Below, in pieces: positions 20,380 to 28,628 of a stretch of DNA of 64,000 bases; within the stretch, counting starts at the first letter, position 1, and each line of letters opens with the position of its first letter. The stretch comes from an uncultured Candidatus Saccharibacteria bacterium (lineage in GTDB: Bacteria; Patescibacteriota; Minisyncoccia; Phycocordibacterales; Phycocordibacteraceae): the NCBI GenBank assembly GCA_964546795.1, contig CAZJKG010000003.1:22305-86304 (forward strand), in the 5' to 3' direction. Under the pieces are notes generated by a model. The model saw nothing but the letters and a program-made list of their open reading frames with translations. It was not told where the DNA came from and searched no databases. A program made the position numbers and the translations under genes.

Positions 20380-21528
20380 TCATTGCGTCCGGGAAGTCGC
20401 AAGCCGCTGCAGTATCTCGGTAAATGCCGCCGCATCACGGGCGATGACGAGCGTCGTCTGATTCCAGTATCCATAGAGAAGAACGCTTCGGCCCGCGGCG
20501 TCGCGGAACACGCGCACATCGTGATTGGCGACAACTTCATCCGCAAAGACAGGAATGGGTGCCGGAATGGACTTTGTTACTGGCGTCGCCGCACCTTTCG
20601 GCGTAGAGGTAGCGACTATCGAAGTCGCTACAAGAGATGTTGAAAGTCCCGTCGGGTAGGCGGGAAAGATTTTCTCAAGATCGCGCCGTATGAACGGTTC
20701 CCACGAGAGCATTCCTGAAAAGGTATTGCTGTAGGAAAGGACGGAAAGTATGAAGAATGGACTTTGACCATTTCCCACATTTCCGCCGGAGGCGGATCCG
20801 CCTCCGGCGTTCACGACGCCGGTCATACTGCCGACTGGGTTCACATTGCGCAGTAGAATATCCGGTGCCGACAGATGGAGCGCGGTAAAGACACTGTCGG
20901 CATTGGTCGTACTTGCTACATAAAGAAGTCGGACGGCACCACTCGGAAGCGGACGTTCGACTGACTGTTCAATTGCTTGCAAGAGAAGAGAACCGGTGCC
21001 GTAGATCTGTTCGCGATCATCCACGAATATCGGCGCCAATACGCTTGGTGCAAGAGTGATCGGTACAAAATTGGTAGCGTAACGCGTATATGCGATATAT
21101 ATGCCCGTCACTCCAACGAGAAGAAGTACGGCACCGGCAACGATGCGGATATTCCAATGAAACGTTTTCTCCGGAATCACTTGAGGAGTTTGGGGAGCGG
21201 CATCTTGCTCAGCCGCAAGCACGGTCGCTGTTGAAGCGCGTGTGTCTTTCATCCTTTGCGAAAAATCGGATGTGTACGTTTTTATGGGAGACGATTCCGG
21301 CGGCGCCGGCGCATAGACCGGTGGCTTGGGCATTTGTACCGGAGGCACGGGCGGGATCGGGGCCGGAAGCGGAGTTTGGGGTTGAGCCGCTGTCGGCGGC
21401 GCGAGCGGAACGAGTTCGGGCGTTCCCCCCTTCTTGAGGGTCTCCATATCGCCCGCGAACGTGCGGATATATTTTTCCGACAGTTCAGAGCCAGAAACAA
21501 CGTCCGGTTTTTTTTCGTTCGTGTCCAT
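20380..21528 (-). CDS. Hypothetical membrane protein with Pro-rich N-terminus
   Basis: 382 aa, repeated I[RK]T[FY]xxD motifs, one TM segment. Confidence 0.8.
   Translation of the reverse strand: MDTNEKKPDVVSGSELSEKYIRTFAGDMETLKKGGTPELVPLAPPTAAQPQTPLPAPIPPVPPVQMPKPPVYAPAPPESSPIKTYTSDFSQRMKDTRASTATVLAAEQDAAPQTPQVIPEKTFHWNIRIVAGAVLLLVGVTGIYIAYTRYATNFVPITLAPSVLAPIFVDDREQIYGTGSLLLQAIEQSVERPLPSGAVRLLYVASTTNADSVFTALHLSAPDILLRNVNPVGSMTGVVNAGGGSASGGNVGNGQSPFFILSVLSYSNTFSGMLSWEPFIRRDLEKIFPAYPTGLSTSLVATSIVATSTPKGAATPVTKSIPAPIPVFADEVVANHDVRVFRDAAGRSVLLYGYWNQTTLVIARDAAAFTEILQRLATSRTQ
20784..20809. repeat. Perfect 26 bp palindrome in frame in CDS (encodes AGGGSASGG)
   Basis: CGCCGGAGGCGGATCCGCCTCCGGCG. 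Confidence 0.7.
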
Positions 21529-21618
21529 TCGTTACCTATAGTAACGCATTTGGGACGCGATGAAGCGCGTTATCACTAACGAAAGCTCACGCGGCACATG
21601 TCCGCCCCGCAGAAGGTT

Positions 21619-22134
21619 CTAGCTGCGCGAGGAAATAGTGAATTTGCGAGGGTCGTCGCACATGTCGGTGAACGCGTGCGCCGCCTCTTTGAGTTTGCTT
21701 GAGGAGGACTTACCGAAGGAGATGACTTCCACTTGGCATCCTTCGTTCATATCGAGATATTGGATGAGCGGCACGAAGTCGCCGTCGCCCGTGACGAGAA
21801 CGACGGTATCGAGTTTCGGCGCGAGCTTGACCGCGTCGATCGCCAAACCGACGTCCCAGTCGGCCTTTTTCGCGCCATCGGCAAAGATCTGAAGATCTTT
21901 CACTTTCGTCTCAATGCCCATCTTGGTGAGCGCCTCGAAGAAGTTCTTTTCCTCGCCGCTCTCAGTCGAAATAACGTACGCGATGGCGCGCACAAGGATG
22001 CGGCCGCCGACGGCCTCCTCAAGGATCTTCCCGAAGTTAACGCGGGCTTTGTAGAGATGTTTCGCACTGTGATAGAGATTCTGCGTATCGATGAATACAC
22101 CGATGCGCTGTGCTGGATGTTTGATAACTGCCAT
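21619..22134 (-). CDS. NYN domain protein (LabA/DUF88 family)
   Basis: FIDTQNLY, KKADWDVGLAIDA, LVTGDGDF. Confidence 0.9.
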   Translation of the reverse strand: MAVIKHPAQRIGVFIDTQNLYHSAKHLYKARVNFGKILEEAVGGRILVRAIAYVISTESGEEKNFFEALTKMGIETKVKDLQIFADGAKKADWDVGLAIDAVKLAPKLDTVVLVTGDGDFVPLIQYLDMNEGCQVEVISFGKSSSSKLKEAAHAFTDMCDDPRKFTISSRS

Positions 22135-22234
22135 AAAAATAAATACTTATGAAAACAAAATAATAAAACGTAGTGTTCTTTCGTCGACAAACGAATAGGG
22201 CTACTTTCCCATGATACCACCGATTTCTCCTTAA

Positions 22235-22358
22235 AAGCTTTGCCAAAAGGTATCGGATGCAAGGCGTGGGGAAGCGATTTCTAGAGACGTACTTTGTGGT
22301 ACGACGAAAGAAATCGCAGGGACCCGCAACGCCGCAGGCGAAGCTTTTCGCGAAGCTT
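22235..22358 (-). repeat. Nested-hairpin element (CGTTG..CGTAC..GTACG..CGCCTTG family), copy A
   Basis: Shares fixed motifs with 31482-31601; stems differ but pair. Confidence 0.65.
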
Positions 22359-22623
22359 ACTTCTTCAGTCCGAGTTTCTTGATAAGTGCGCTGTAGCGAT
22401 GCTTGTTGTTCGTCTCAAGATAGCGCAGATGCGTACGGCGATCAGCGACCATCTGGAGAAGACCGCGACGGGAATGAAAATCCTTCGGGTTCTTCTTGAG
22501 ATGCTTTGCGAGCTCGTCTATCTGCTTCGAAAGAAGTGCAACCTGTACGTCCGGCGAGCCAGTGTCCGCAGAGTGCCGGGCGGTATTCTTGATGACCGCC
22601 GCCTTTTTCTTAGTGGTAAGCAT
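22357..22623 (-). CDS. rpsO: 30S ribosomal protein S15
   Basis: DTGSPDVQVALL, KDFHSRRGLL, LIKKLGLKK; start at MLTTKKK. Confidence 0.97.
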   Translation of the reverse strand: MLTTKKKAAVIKNTARHSADTGSPDVQVALLSKQIDELAKHLKKNPKDFHSRRGLLQMVADRRTHLRYLETNNKHRYSALIKKLGLKK

Positions 22624-22832
22624 AGGTACGACTACCCTACCACGTCTTGTGAAAATACACAAGTTTTGTGTAATCACGAAGATGCCGTTGGAATCAGTTT
22701 CGAGAGTTTGTTTGAGCAAGGACTTTGAGCAAGGACTACCCTTGCTCAAAACTCTCACCCTCGGGCTTGCGGACAAACTACCCGAAGCCGTAACCTCGAA
22801 TGTTCCGTTTGTCGTAAGTATTATAAAGGAAA

Positions 22833-22860
22833 GACCCCCACGCGGTGAAGTGTGGGGGTC
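22833..22860 (-). terminator. GC-rich hairpin downstream of the putative DGR target (terminator and/or DGR stem-loop)
   Basis: GACCCCCACAC-TTCACC-GCGTGGGGGTC followed by TTTCCTTT. Confidence 0.6.
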
Positions 22861-22907
22861 ACGATCGGAGAGTGTCAAAGTTCCAAAGGGACAAGAGTCC
22901 CAAGGTT

Positions 22908-23546
22908 CTAAGACACAGAGACCTTGCGAACGGCGAGAAAGCGACAGAGCGGAGAACAGCCGCGGTCGAACGAATGCAGGAAGAGGTAACGCTTGGACCC
23001 GACCTTGCCGAGGCAGGGCACGCTGCGAGAGCCAAGGACCTCCGCGACCGAACCGAGACCGACGATCGGGAACTTGCGCTGCTCTTCCGGGAAGGTTTTC
23101 CCGTCGGAGAGCACGTGTTCGATCTTGGCTGCGGACCAAGGGTTCGAGGAATCCTCCGCTTCGATTTCCTTGATCGCATTCTTCGAGGAGATGTCGCGAT
23201 CGAAGTGGAAGTGGCGGGCCTCGAACTCGACGACGCCTTTGCCCGTGATAGGAAAATGCTTGGCGGTGATGTCGTCGCTCTTCCAGTCGTAGTGACCGGC
23301 GGCGATCATCTGCTCGAGCGATTGCCCGTAGTCGACCGTGAGACGGAAGACATCGGGGACGAGAACGCCGAGCTTGAGCGCAGCGCGGAAGGCATCGCGA
23401 TCGTCGAACTTGGCCGCGGGGTCGAACACGTCGGCAAGGATGCCGGACGCGATCGCCCGTTGAACCGATTCTGGGGTAGCGTGCTTTTGCTCCAGGGTCG
23501 TGAGGAGCTTGAGGAGCTGACCTCCTCTCATGAGTATCTGTTCCAT
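22908..23546 (-). CDS. Orphan protein, putative DGR target with C-terminal variable region
   Basis: GGAGG SD, own promoter, GC-richer than flanks; C-terminus RSVPCL...KRYLFLHSFDRGCSPLCRFLAVRK has NNC/NNT codons at variable-like positions. Confidence 0.65.
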   Translation of the reverse strand: MEQILMRGGQLLKLLTTLEQKHATPESVQRAIASGILADVFDPAAKFDDRDAFRAALKLGVLVPDVFRLTVDYGQSLEQMIAAGHYDWKSDDITAKHFPITGKGVVEFEARHFHFDRDISSKNAIKEIEAEDSSNPWSAAKIEHVLSDGKTFPEEQRKFPIVGLGSVAEVLGSRSVPCLGKVGSKRYLFLHSFDRGCSPLCRFLAVRKVSVS

Positions 23547-23710
23547 GTGGATTCCCTCCAGTATGGATGAGTAGACGCTGTCCCGAGGATTCGGGGAGCG
23601 GCTAGAGAGCGTCCCGGGTGATTCCGGTTCGCCATAGCGAGGAAAGGCCTATACAAGCCGCTCTTCGCTATGGCGAATTCGCAAGGTATTCAAGGATCTG
23701 AAACTTACGA

Positions 23711-23740
23711 TTATAATACATGAGTTGACTATATTGTCAA
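23711..23740 (-). promoter_or_regulatory. Near-consensus promoter with palindrome over the -35
   Basis: TTGACA...TATTATAAT; TTGACAATATAGTCAA inverted repeat. Confidence 0.6.
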
Positions 23741-23784
23741 GCACCCGCGGCCGCGCGCACTGCATCAAATGCTAGAATAGGGAC

Positions 23785-24711
23785 ATGAACGCCGAAACGG
23801 CAAAGCGGCAATTTCTCGAGTACATTGAGATAGAGCGCGGGCGCGCCGTAAAGACGATAGAGAATTATGATCGTTATCTTACCCGCTACTTCGCACAGAT
23901 GCAGATAAAAAACGTCAGCGACATCACCGAACAAAATGTCCGCGAATTCCGCCTTTGGCTCAATCGGCAGCCGGGTACGGCTGCCGATTCCATGAAGCGC
24001 CGGACCCAGAATTACTACATGATCGCACTGCGTGCATTTCTCAAGTTTCTCCGCAAGCGCGATATTGCCGCCATTTCCCCGGAAAAGATAGAGTTGGCGA
24101 AACTCCCCGAGCGCCAGCTTGATCTCATTACCTCCGCTGAACTTGACCGACTTATGCGCGCACCCGGAGAGGCATTGGCGAAAGAAACCGATGAGAACAA
24201 GAAAATCCAATTCCTACGAGATCGCGCTATCCTGGAACTCCTCTTCTCAACCGGCCTGCGCGTGTCCGAACTCTGCGCGCTAAACTCCGATATTGATCTG
24301 ACGCGCGATGAGTTGTCGGTGCGCGGCAAAGGCGAAAAAGTTCGCGTCGTCTTCCTCTCCCCTACTGCCAAAGAAGCGGTCCGCGACTATCTCAAAGCCA
24401 GAAAAGATATGGAGGAAGCGCTCTTTGTCGATGGACGGCCGAACAAATTGCATCGCATCATCCCACGGGATATCCAACGGCACTTAAAATCGTACGTCGC
24501 GCGTGCTGGCATTACGAACGTCGTCACGCCGCACACACTTCGCCACGCATTTGCCACCGATTTGCTCAGTAACGGCGCCGATATCCGCTCGGTCCAACAG
24601 CTTCTCGGCCACGCTTCCATCAACACGACCCAGATCTACACGCACATTACGGATTCCCACCTCCGCGAAATTCATAAAAAATTCCACAGCCGAAATCGCG
24701 ATTCAAATTAA
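23785..24711 (+). CDS. XerC/XerD-family tyrosine recombinase
   Basis: RDRAILELLFSTGLRVSEL, VRGKGEKVR, TPHTLRHAFATDLL, LLGHASINTTQIYTH. Confidence 0.92.
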   Translation: MNAETAKRQFLEYIEIERGRAVKTIENYDRYLTRYFAQMQIKNVSDITEQNVREFRLWLNRQPGTAADSMKRRTQNYYMIALRAFLKFLRKRDIAAISPEKIELAKLPERQLDLITSAELDRLMRAPGEALAKETDENKKIQFLRDRAILELLFSTGLRVSELCALNSDIDLTRDELSVRGKGEKVRVVFLSPTAKEAVRDYLKARKDMEEALFVDGRPNKLHRIIPRDIQRHLKSYVARAGITNVVTPHTLRHAFATDLLSNGADIRSVQQLLGHASINTTQIYTHITDSHLREIHKKFHSRNRDSN

Positions 24712-24748
24712 ACCTTCAAGCCCCCAATTGATGGTATAGAATAGCTCC

Positions 24749-25516
24749 ATGAGGATTGTTTCGTGGAATGTGAACGGGTTGCGGTCGCTCGCGAATAATG
24801 GCTATTGGGAATCGTTTTTGAAGGGTACCAAGCCCGATATTTTCTGCCTCCAAGAGACCAAAGCCAGCCCGGAACAAGTATCGGAAGAGATGCTCTCCCC
24901 TGCCGGATTCTCATCGTTCTTTTCATCCTCGCAGGTGCGGAAGGGCTACAGCGGTGTTGCTATCTATTCAAAGATTGAGCCCTTGTCTGTTATCTACGGT
25001 ATGGGAATAAAGGAGTTTGACCAAGAAGGACGTCTTGTCGGAGCTGAATATGATGATTTCTGGCTATTGAATGTCTACTTCCCCAACGGCGGACAGGGAC
25101 CCGAACGCCTTGATTACAAGATGCGTTTTTATGACGCTTTTCTCGTTTTCGCAGAAAAATTGCGGGGGAAAAAGCCGGTGATATTTTGCGGGGATGTGAA
25201 CACTGCCCATGAGGAAATAGACCTCGCAAGACCCAAAGAGAATGAAGAGAATACGGGCTTTTTGCCGAAGGAGCGCGCCTGGATAGATGAGGTCGTCAGC
25301 GCCGGTTACCTTGACTCATTCAGGCATTTTCACCCTCATACAGAAAATGCCTATACATATTGGGATATGAAGACGCGCGCGCGGGACAGGAATGTCGGTT
25401 GGCGAATTGATTATTTCTTTGTTACAAACGAATTCATAAAGCATGTCAAGAAGGCGGAGATATATGGTGATATCTACGGTTCCGACCACTGCCCCCTCTC
25501 CATCAGCATTGCGTAA
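24749..25516 (+). CDS. xth: Exodeoxyribonuclease III
   Basis: SWNVNGLR, LQETK, GYSGVA, GDVNTAH, GWRIDY, GSDHCP. Confidence 0.96.
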   Translation: MRIVSWNVNGLRSLANNGYWESFLKGTKPDIFCLQETKASPEQVSEEMLSPAGFSSFFSSSQVRKGYSGVAIYSKIEPLSVIYGMGIKEFDQEGRLVGAEYDDFWLLNVYFPNGGQGPERLDYKMRFYDAFLVFAEKLRGKKPVIFCGDVNTAHEEIDLARPKENEENTGFLPKERAWIDEVVSAGYLDSFRHFHPHTENAYTYWDMKTRARDRNVGWRIDYFFVTNEFIKHVKKAEIYGDIYGSDHCPLSISIA

Positions 25517-25522
25517 AGGACA

Positions 25523-25531
25523 TTATCCACA
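25523..25531 (+). promoter_or_regulatory. Perfect DnaA box
   Basis: TTATCCACA. Confidence 0.4.
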
Positions 25532-25805
25532 TATCGTCCTTTACTTTGTCCTTTATAGATATATGCTCAACAAAGGACGGGATGTACCTTCTTGATCTTT
25601 CCATCGGCATCAGGGCGCTATCTCACGAGTGCCTGCCTGCGCTGCGGCGATCCGCGATACAAGCCACTCGGCACGGTATCCCGACGTAGAAAAGCGCTAG
25701 AAGTATGCAAACAAGCCACCCCCTTTCTCAGGCGGGAGACACCATCTTACGCCCCTGCTCCTTTTCGTCTCTTGCCACCAACGGGTGGCTTTGTTGTTTC
25801 TATAA

Positions 25806-25821
25806 TGTTCCACGTGGAACA
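25806..25821. promoter_or_regulatory. parS site
   Basis: TGTTCCACGTGGAACA perfect palindrome matching the parS consensus; near-matches at 26405, 26444, 26765. Confidence 0.75.
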
Positions 25822-25900
25822 TATTTCACACATAACTTTTTGACTCAAAACAATTCAATCCCTCGATTGACTCGGGATTTCGAGCCGTTCTGAACGGCTC

Positions 25901-27364
25901 TCAACACACGTGATGTTTTTCCATTATATGCTTTATTTCCTCATCTTCTGCGGCTTCCCTGCGCTTTTTCCCTTCCTCACCAAGTTTCTGTAACTCTTCT
26001 TCCGGCATTTTGAGAAGTTCTTCGGTCTTTTTATCCAGGTATTCCTTATTATTTAAAGCCGGATCATCAAGAACCTCCTCAAGGAGAGCATGGAGTGTAT
26101 ATCCTATTTTTCGCCCAGGTTTCTCGTTGAATGTGTCCATGATGTGCTTCCCATCGGTCTTGAGCATAGCGACTGAAATAGGGTCCCTGAGCGCCTGATC
26201 AACCATTGCCTTATATTTACGGAAGCGGAATGGCTGTTCCTTGGGCCGCCCGGTCCCGATACGGTCGCAAATACGGAGGTTAAGTAGGTCCATTATATTC
26301 TCTTCTCCGACATTCTTTATCATGCGGCGCACTGCGGAGAGGGTAATTTGTTCGGGATCCGAAAAAAACATGTGCCAACGCACCAGTTTTACTGTCTTAT
26401 CTATTGTTTCCCGTGAAAAATGCATGTCTTCAAGAGCTTTCTTTGTTACACGTGAACCAACAACTTCATGCCCATGGAAGGTCCAGTCCTTTTTTTCTTC
26501 AGACCAGCGACGTGTCTCCGGTTTAGAAATGTCGTGATAGAGGCCGGCAAGGCGGATGTCAAATCCCCACTCTTTATCAGCCGCATGCTGCATCGTGCGG
26601 AGATTGTGTCCGAAAACATCATATGAATGTGCCTGATTCTGCTCAACACCAATGCCGCGAATAAGATCAGGGACAATGAATTCAAGTATGTTGAGTTGCT
26701 GAGCGAGAACAAGAGCATTCATCGGCTGACTTGAATTTAATATCCTGACAAACTCGTCCCTAATTCTTTCACGTGAAACATGGCTTAAATGCTTGCTATT
26801 TTCGCTTATCGCTTTTGCCGTTGCGTCATCTATGCCGAAACCGAGTTCGGCAATCAACCGGACCGCACGAAGCATGCGTAACGCGTCTTCGTTGAAGCGT
26901 TCCGAGGCGGTGCCGACCGCCCGCACTATCTTGTCCTTTATGTCCTTTTGACCGCCATAGGGATCAATAATGTGTCCTTTAGAATCATCAAGTGCGATGG
27001 CATTTATGGTGAAGTCGCGGCGCGCGAGGTCTTCCGGAAGGGAAGTACCAAACTCTACTTTGTCCGGCCGGCGCTTGTCGGAATAGGCGGACTCGGTGCG
27101 ATAGGGAGTTACCTCAACGATAGCGAGACGTGAGTCCTCTGAATCCGTCTTCACTCCGACCGTGCCGTAATCATTTTCGTAGAAAGAATCAGGGAATACG
27201 GCTTGGATCTGCTCCGGCGTTGCATTGGTGGTGATGTCCCAATCCTTGGGCTGTATGCCGATAATAAGATCGCGCACGCATCCGCCGACAAGATAGGATT
27301 CAAATCCCGCCTGCCGAAGACCGCTTGAGACCGTTGAAACCTCTTTGGGAACGCGATACTCCAT
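25901..27364 (-). CDS. cca: CCA-adding tRNA nucleotidyltransferase / poly(A) polymerase family with HD domain
   Basis: YLVGGCVRD, DWDITT, EDLARRDFTINA, EDALRMLRAVR, LYHDISK. Confidence 0.9.
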   Translation of the reverse strand: MEYRVPKEVSTVSSGLRQAGFESYLVGGCVRDLIIGIQPKDWDITTNATPEQIQAVFPDSFYENDYGTVGVKTDSEDSRLAIVEVTPYRTESAYSDKRRPDKVEFGTSLPEDLARRDFTINAIALDDSKGHIIDPYGGQKDIKDKIVRAVGTASERFNEDALRMLRAVRLIAELGFGIDDATAKAISENSKHLSHVSRERIRDEFVRILNSSQPMNALVLAQQLNILEFIVPDLIRGIGVEQNQAHSYDVFGHNLRTMQHAADKEWGFDIRLAGLYHDISKPETRRWSEEKKDWTFHGHEVVGSRVTKKALEDMHFSRETIDKTVKLVRWHMFFSDPEQITLSAVRRMIKNVGEENIMDLLNLRICDRIGTGRPKEQPFRFRKYKAMVDQALRDPISVAMLKTDGKHIMDTFNEKPGRKIGYTLHALLEEVLDDPALNNKEYLDKKTEELLKMPEEELQKLGEEGKKRREAAEDEEIKHIMEKHHVC

Positions 27365-27439
27365 GAGCGAATCGTACCACACGAGCACACGAAGAGATGC
27401 TCTCGTGTCTCGGCTCGCTTGGTAGTACTATGCAACTAC

Positions 27440-27511
27440 GCCCTCGTGGTGAAACGGATATCACAACAGTCTTCGGAACTGTAGGTCCGGGTTCGATTCC
27501 TGGCGAGGGCA
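27440..27511 (+). tRNA. tRNA-Arg (TCG)
   Basis: GCCCTCG/CGAGGGC acceptor, ACAGT-CTTCGGA-ACTGT anticodon arm, GGTTCGATTCC T arm. Confidence 0.92.
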
Positions 27512-27552
27512 CTGGAAATGAAAATGAGCGACATGCTATCATGTCGCCTAGC

Positions 27553-27623
27553 GCGGGTATGGTTCAATGGTAGAACATCTGGTTGCCAATCAGATGATGG
27601 GAGTTCGATTCTCCCTACCCGCA
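27553..27623 (+). tRNA. tRNA-Gly (GCC)
   Basis: GCGGGTA/TACCCGC acceptor, TCTGG-TTGCCAA-TCAGA, GTTCGATTC. Confidence 0.93.
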
Positions 27624-27816
27624 CAAATTGAAAAGCCCTTTGGGGCTTTTTCAATTTGTGCGGGTAAGCAGGCCAACTGCTTGGCCTGCGGGGGAGAATC
27701 GAAAGCCGGAGCATGTTTCGTTTCTGAACGAAATGGCGAGGCGGGGTCGCGGATACTTAGCGAGTCCTCGAGCTTAGTAAACCGTGACCGAAACTGTAAT
27801 CAGGGTTCTCCCGCAC
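27624..27816. other. tRNA-adjacent structured element carrying the antisense of the tRNA-Gly 3' arm
   Basis: GTGCGGGTA (27658-27666) and GGGAGAATCGAA (27692-27703) are reverse complements of tRNA 27604-27624; ends TTCTCCCGCAC. Confidence 0.6.
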
Positions 27817-27953
27817 AGAAACAATGAGTGATGACGAACGAATTATTCGTGGCCGAAAGTGTAATCATGGTTTCATCGCATGCAATTTGACTTCTCACCG
27901 ACTTTTTTGTTAAAAAACTAACTATATAAGCTATTTTTGCGATAAAAAGCTTC

Positions 27954-27993
27954 TGTGGTGAAGTGTTGATAAAGGTGTTTACACTGGGGATAA
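27954..27993 (-). promoter_or_regulatory. Cluster of degenerate DnaA-box-like sites next to an AT-rich tract
   Basis: TGTGGTGAA, TGTTGATAA, TGGGGATAA in one orientation. Confidence 0.35.
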
Positions 27994-28188
27994 AAGACAT
28001 GCGTCTGATAGCGTTTTTCTGAGGCAGTCCTAGAGTATACTGAGCAAATGAGCCATATTTCTAAAGGCCGTGCCCGGTAGGACAAAATGGCATTGTGTCT
28101 TCATACTTCAAAATATGATTTGCTCGTGTTCCGCGTATGCGTAACAATAAGACTATGACACTTACTAACATGGCGGACACTGAGAGTA

Positions 28189-28608
28189 ATGCCATCTTGT
28201 ACTGACCGGGCCGTGGACTTATCTTCTAGGACTCGCAAAGAAGTCGGTGCTTTGGGAGAAAAAGCGGCGGCTGAGTACTTCAAACGGCACGGATTTTCCA
28301 TTCGCGACCGCAATGTTGCGCGCAAGACCGGAGAACTTGATCTCATCATGGAGAAAGACGGTACGCTGCATTTTATTGAAGTGAAGACAATGCTCACGGA
28401 TGAATTCCCAAAAGAGGGGAACATTGAAGACGATTACGATCCATCATTCAACCTCCATGAAGCGAAGGTTCGGAAGGTCGCACGGACAGGAGAATGGTAC
28501 GCCGTTGAGAAAGAATGGGAAGGGGAGTGGCAGGTTGACGGATGTCTTGTATGGCTCCGCCGTCGGGACGGCATGGCACGGATCAGATACCTGCCACAAA
28601 TCGTCTAA
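28189..28608 (+). CDS. YraN/UPF0102 family putative endonuclease
   Basis: GALGEKAAAEY, RNVARKTGELDLI, LHFIEVKT. Confidence 0.88.
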   Translation: MPSCTDRAVDLSSRTRKEVGALGEKAAAEYFKRHGFSIRDRNVARKTGELDLIMEKDGTLHFIEVKTMLTDEFPKEGNIEDDYDPSFNLHEAKVRKVARTGEWYAVEKEWEGEWQVDGCLVWLRRRDGMARIRYLPQIV

Positions 28609-28628
28609 AGCTGTTACGATGCAACGAA

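Noticed and set aside
22357-23139. 260 aa ORF as an extended S15
   Set aside because: S15 similarity starts at 22623; the extension overlaps another gene and intergenic hairpins.
23785-24711. Tyrosine recombinase as an island or prophage integrase
   Set aside because: Size and motifs fit a housekeeping Xer; no att repeats or cargo seen. A link to the hairpin elements cannot be supported from sequence.
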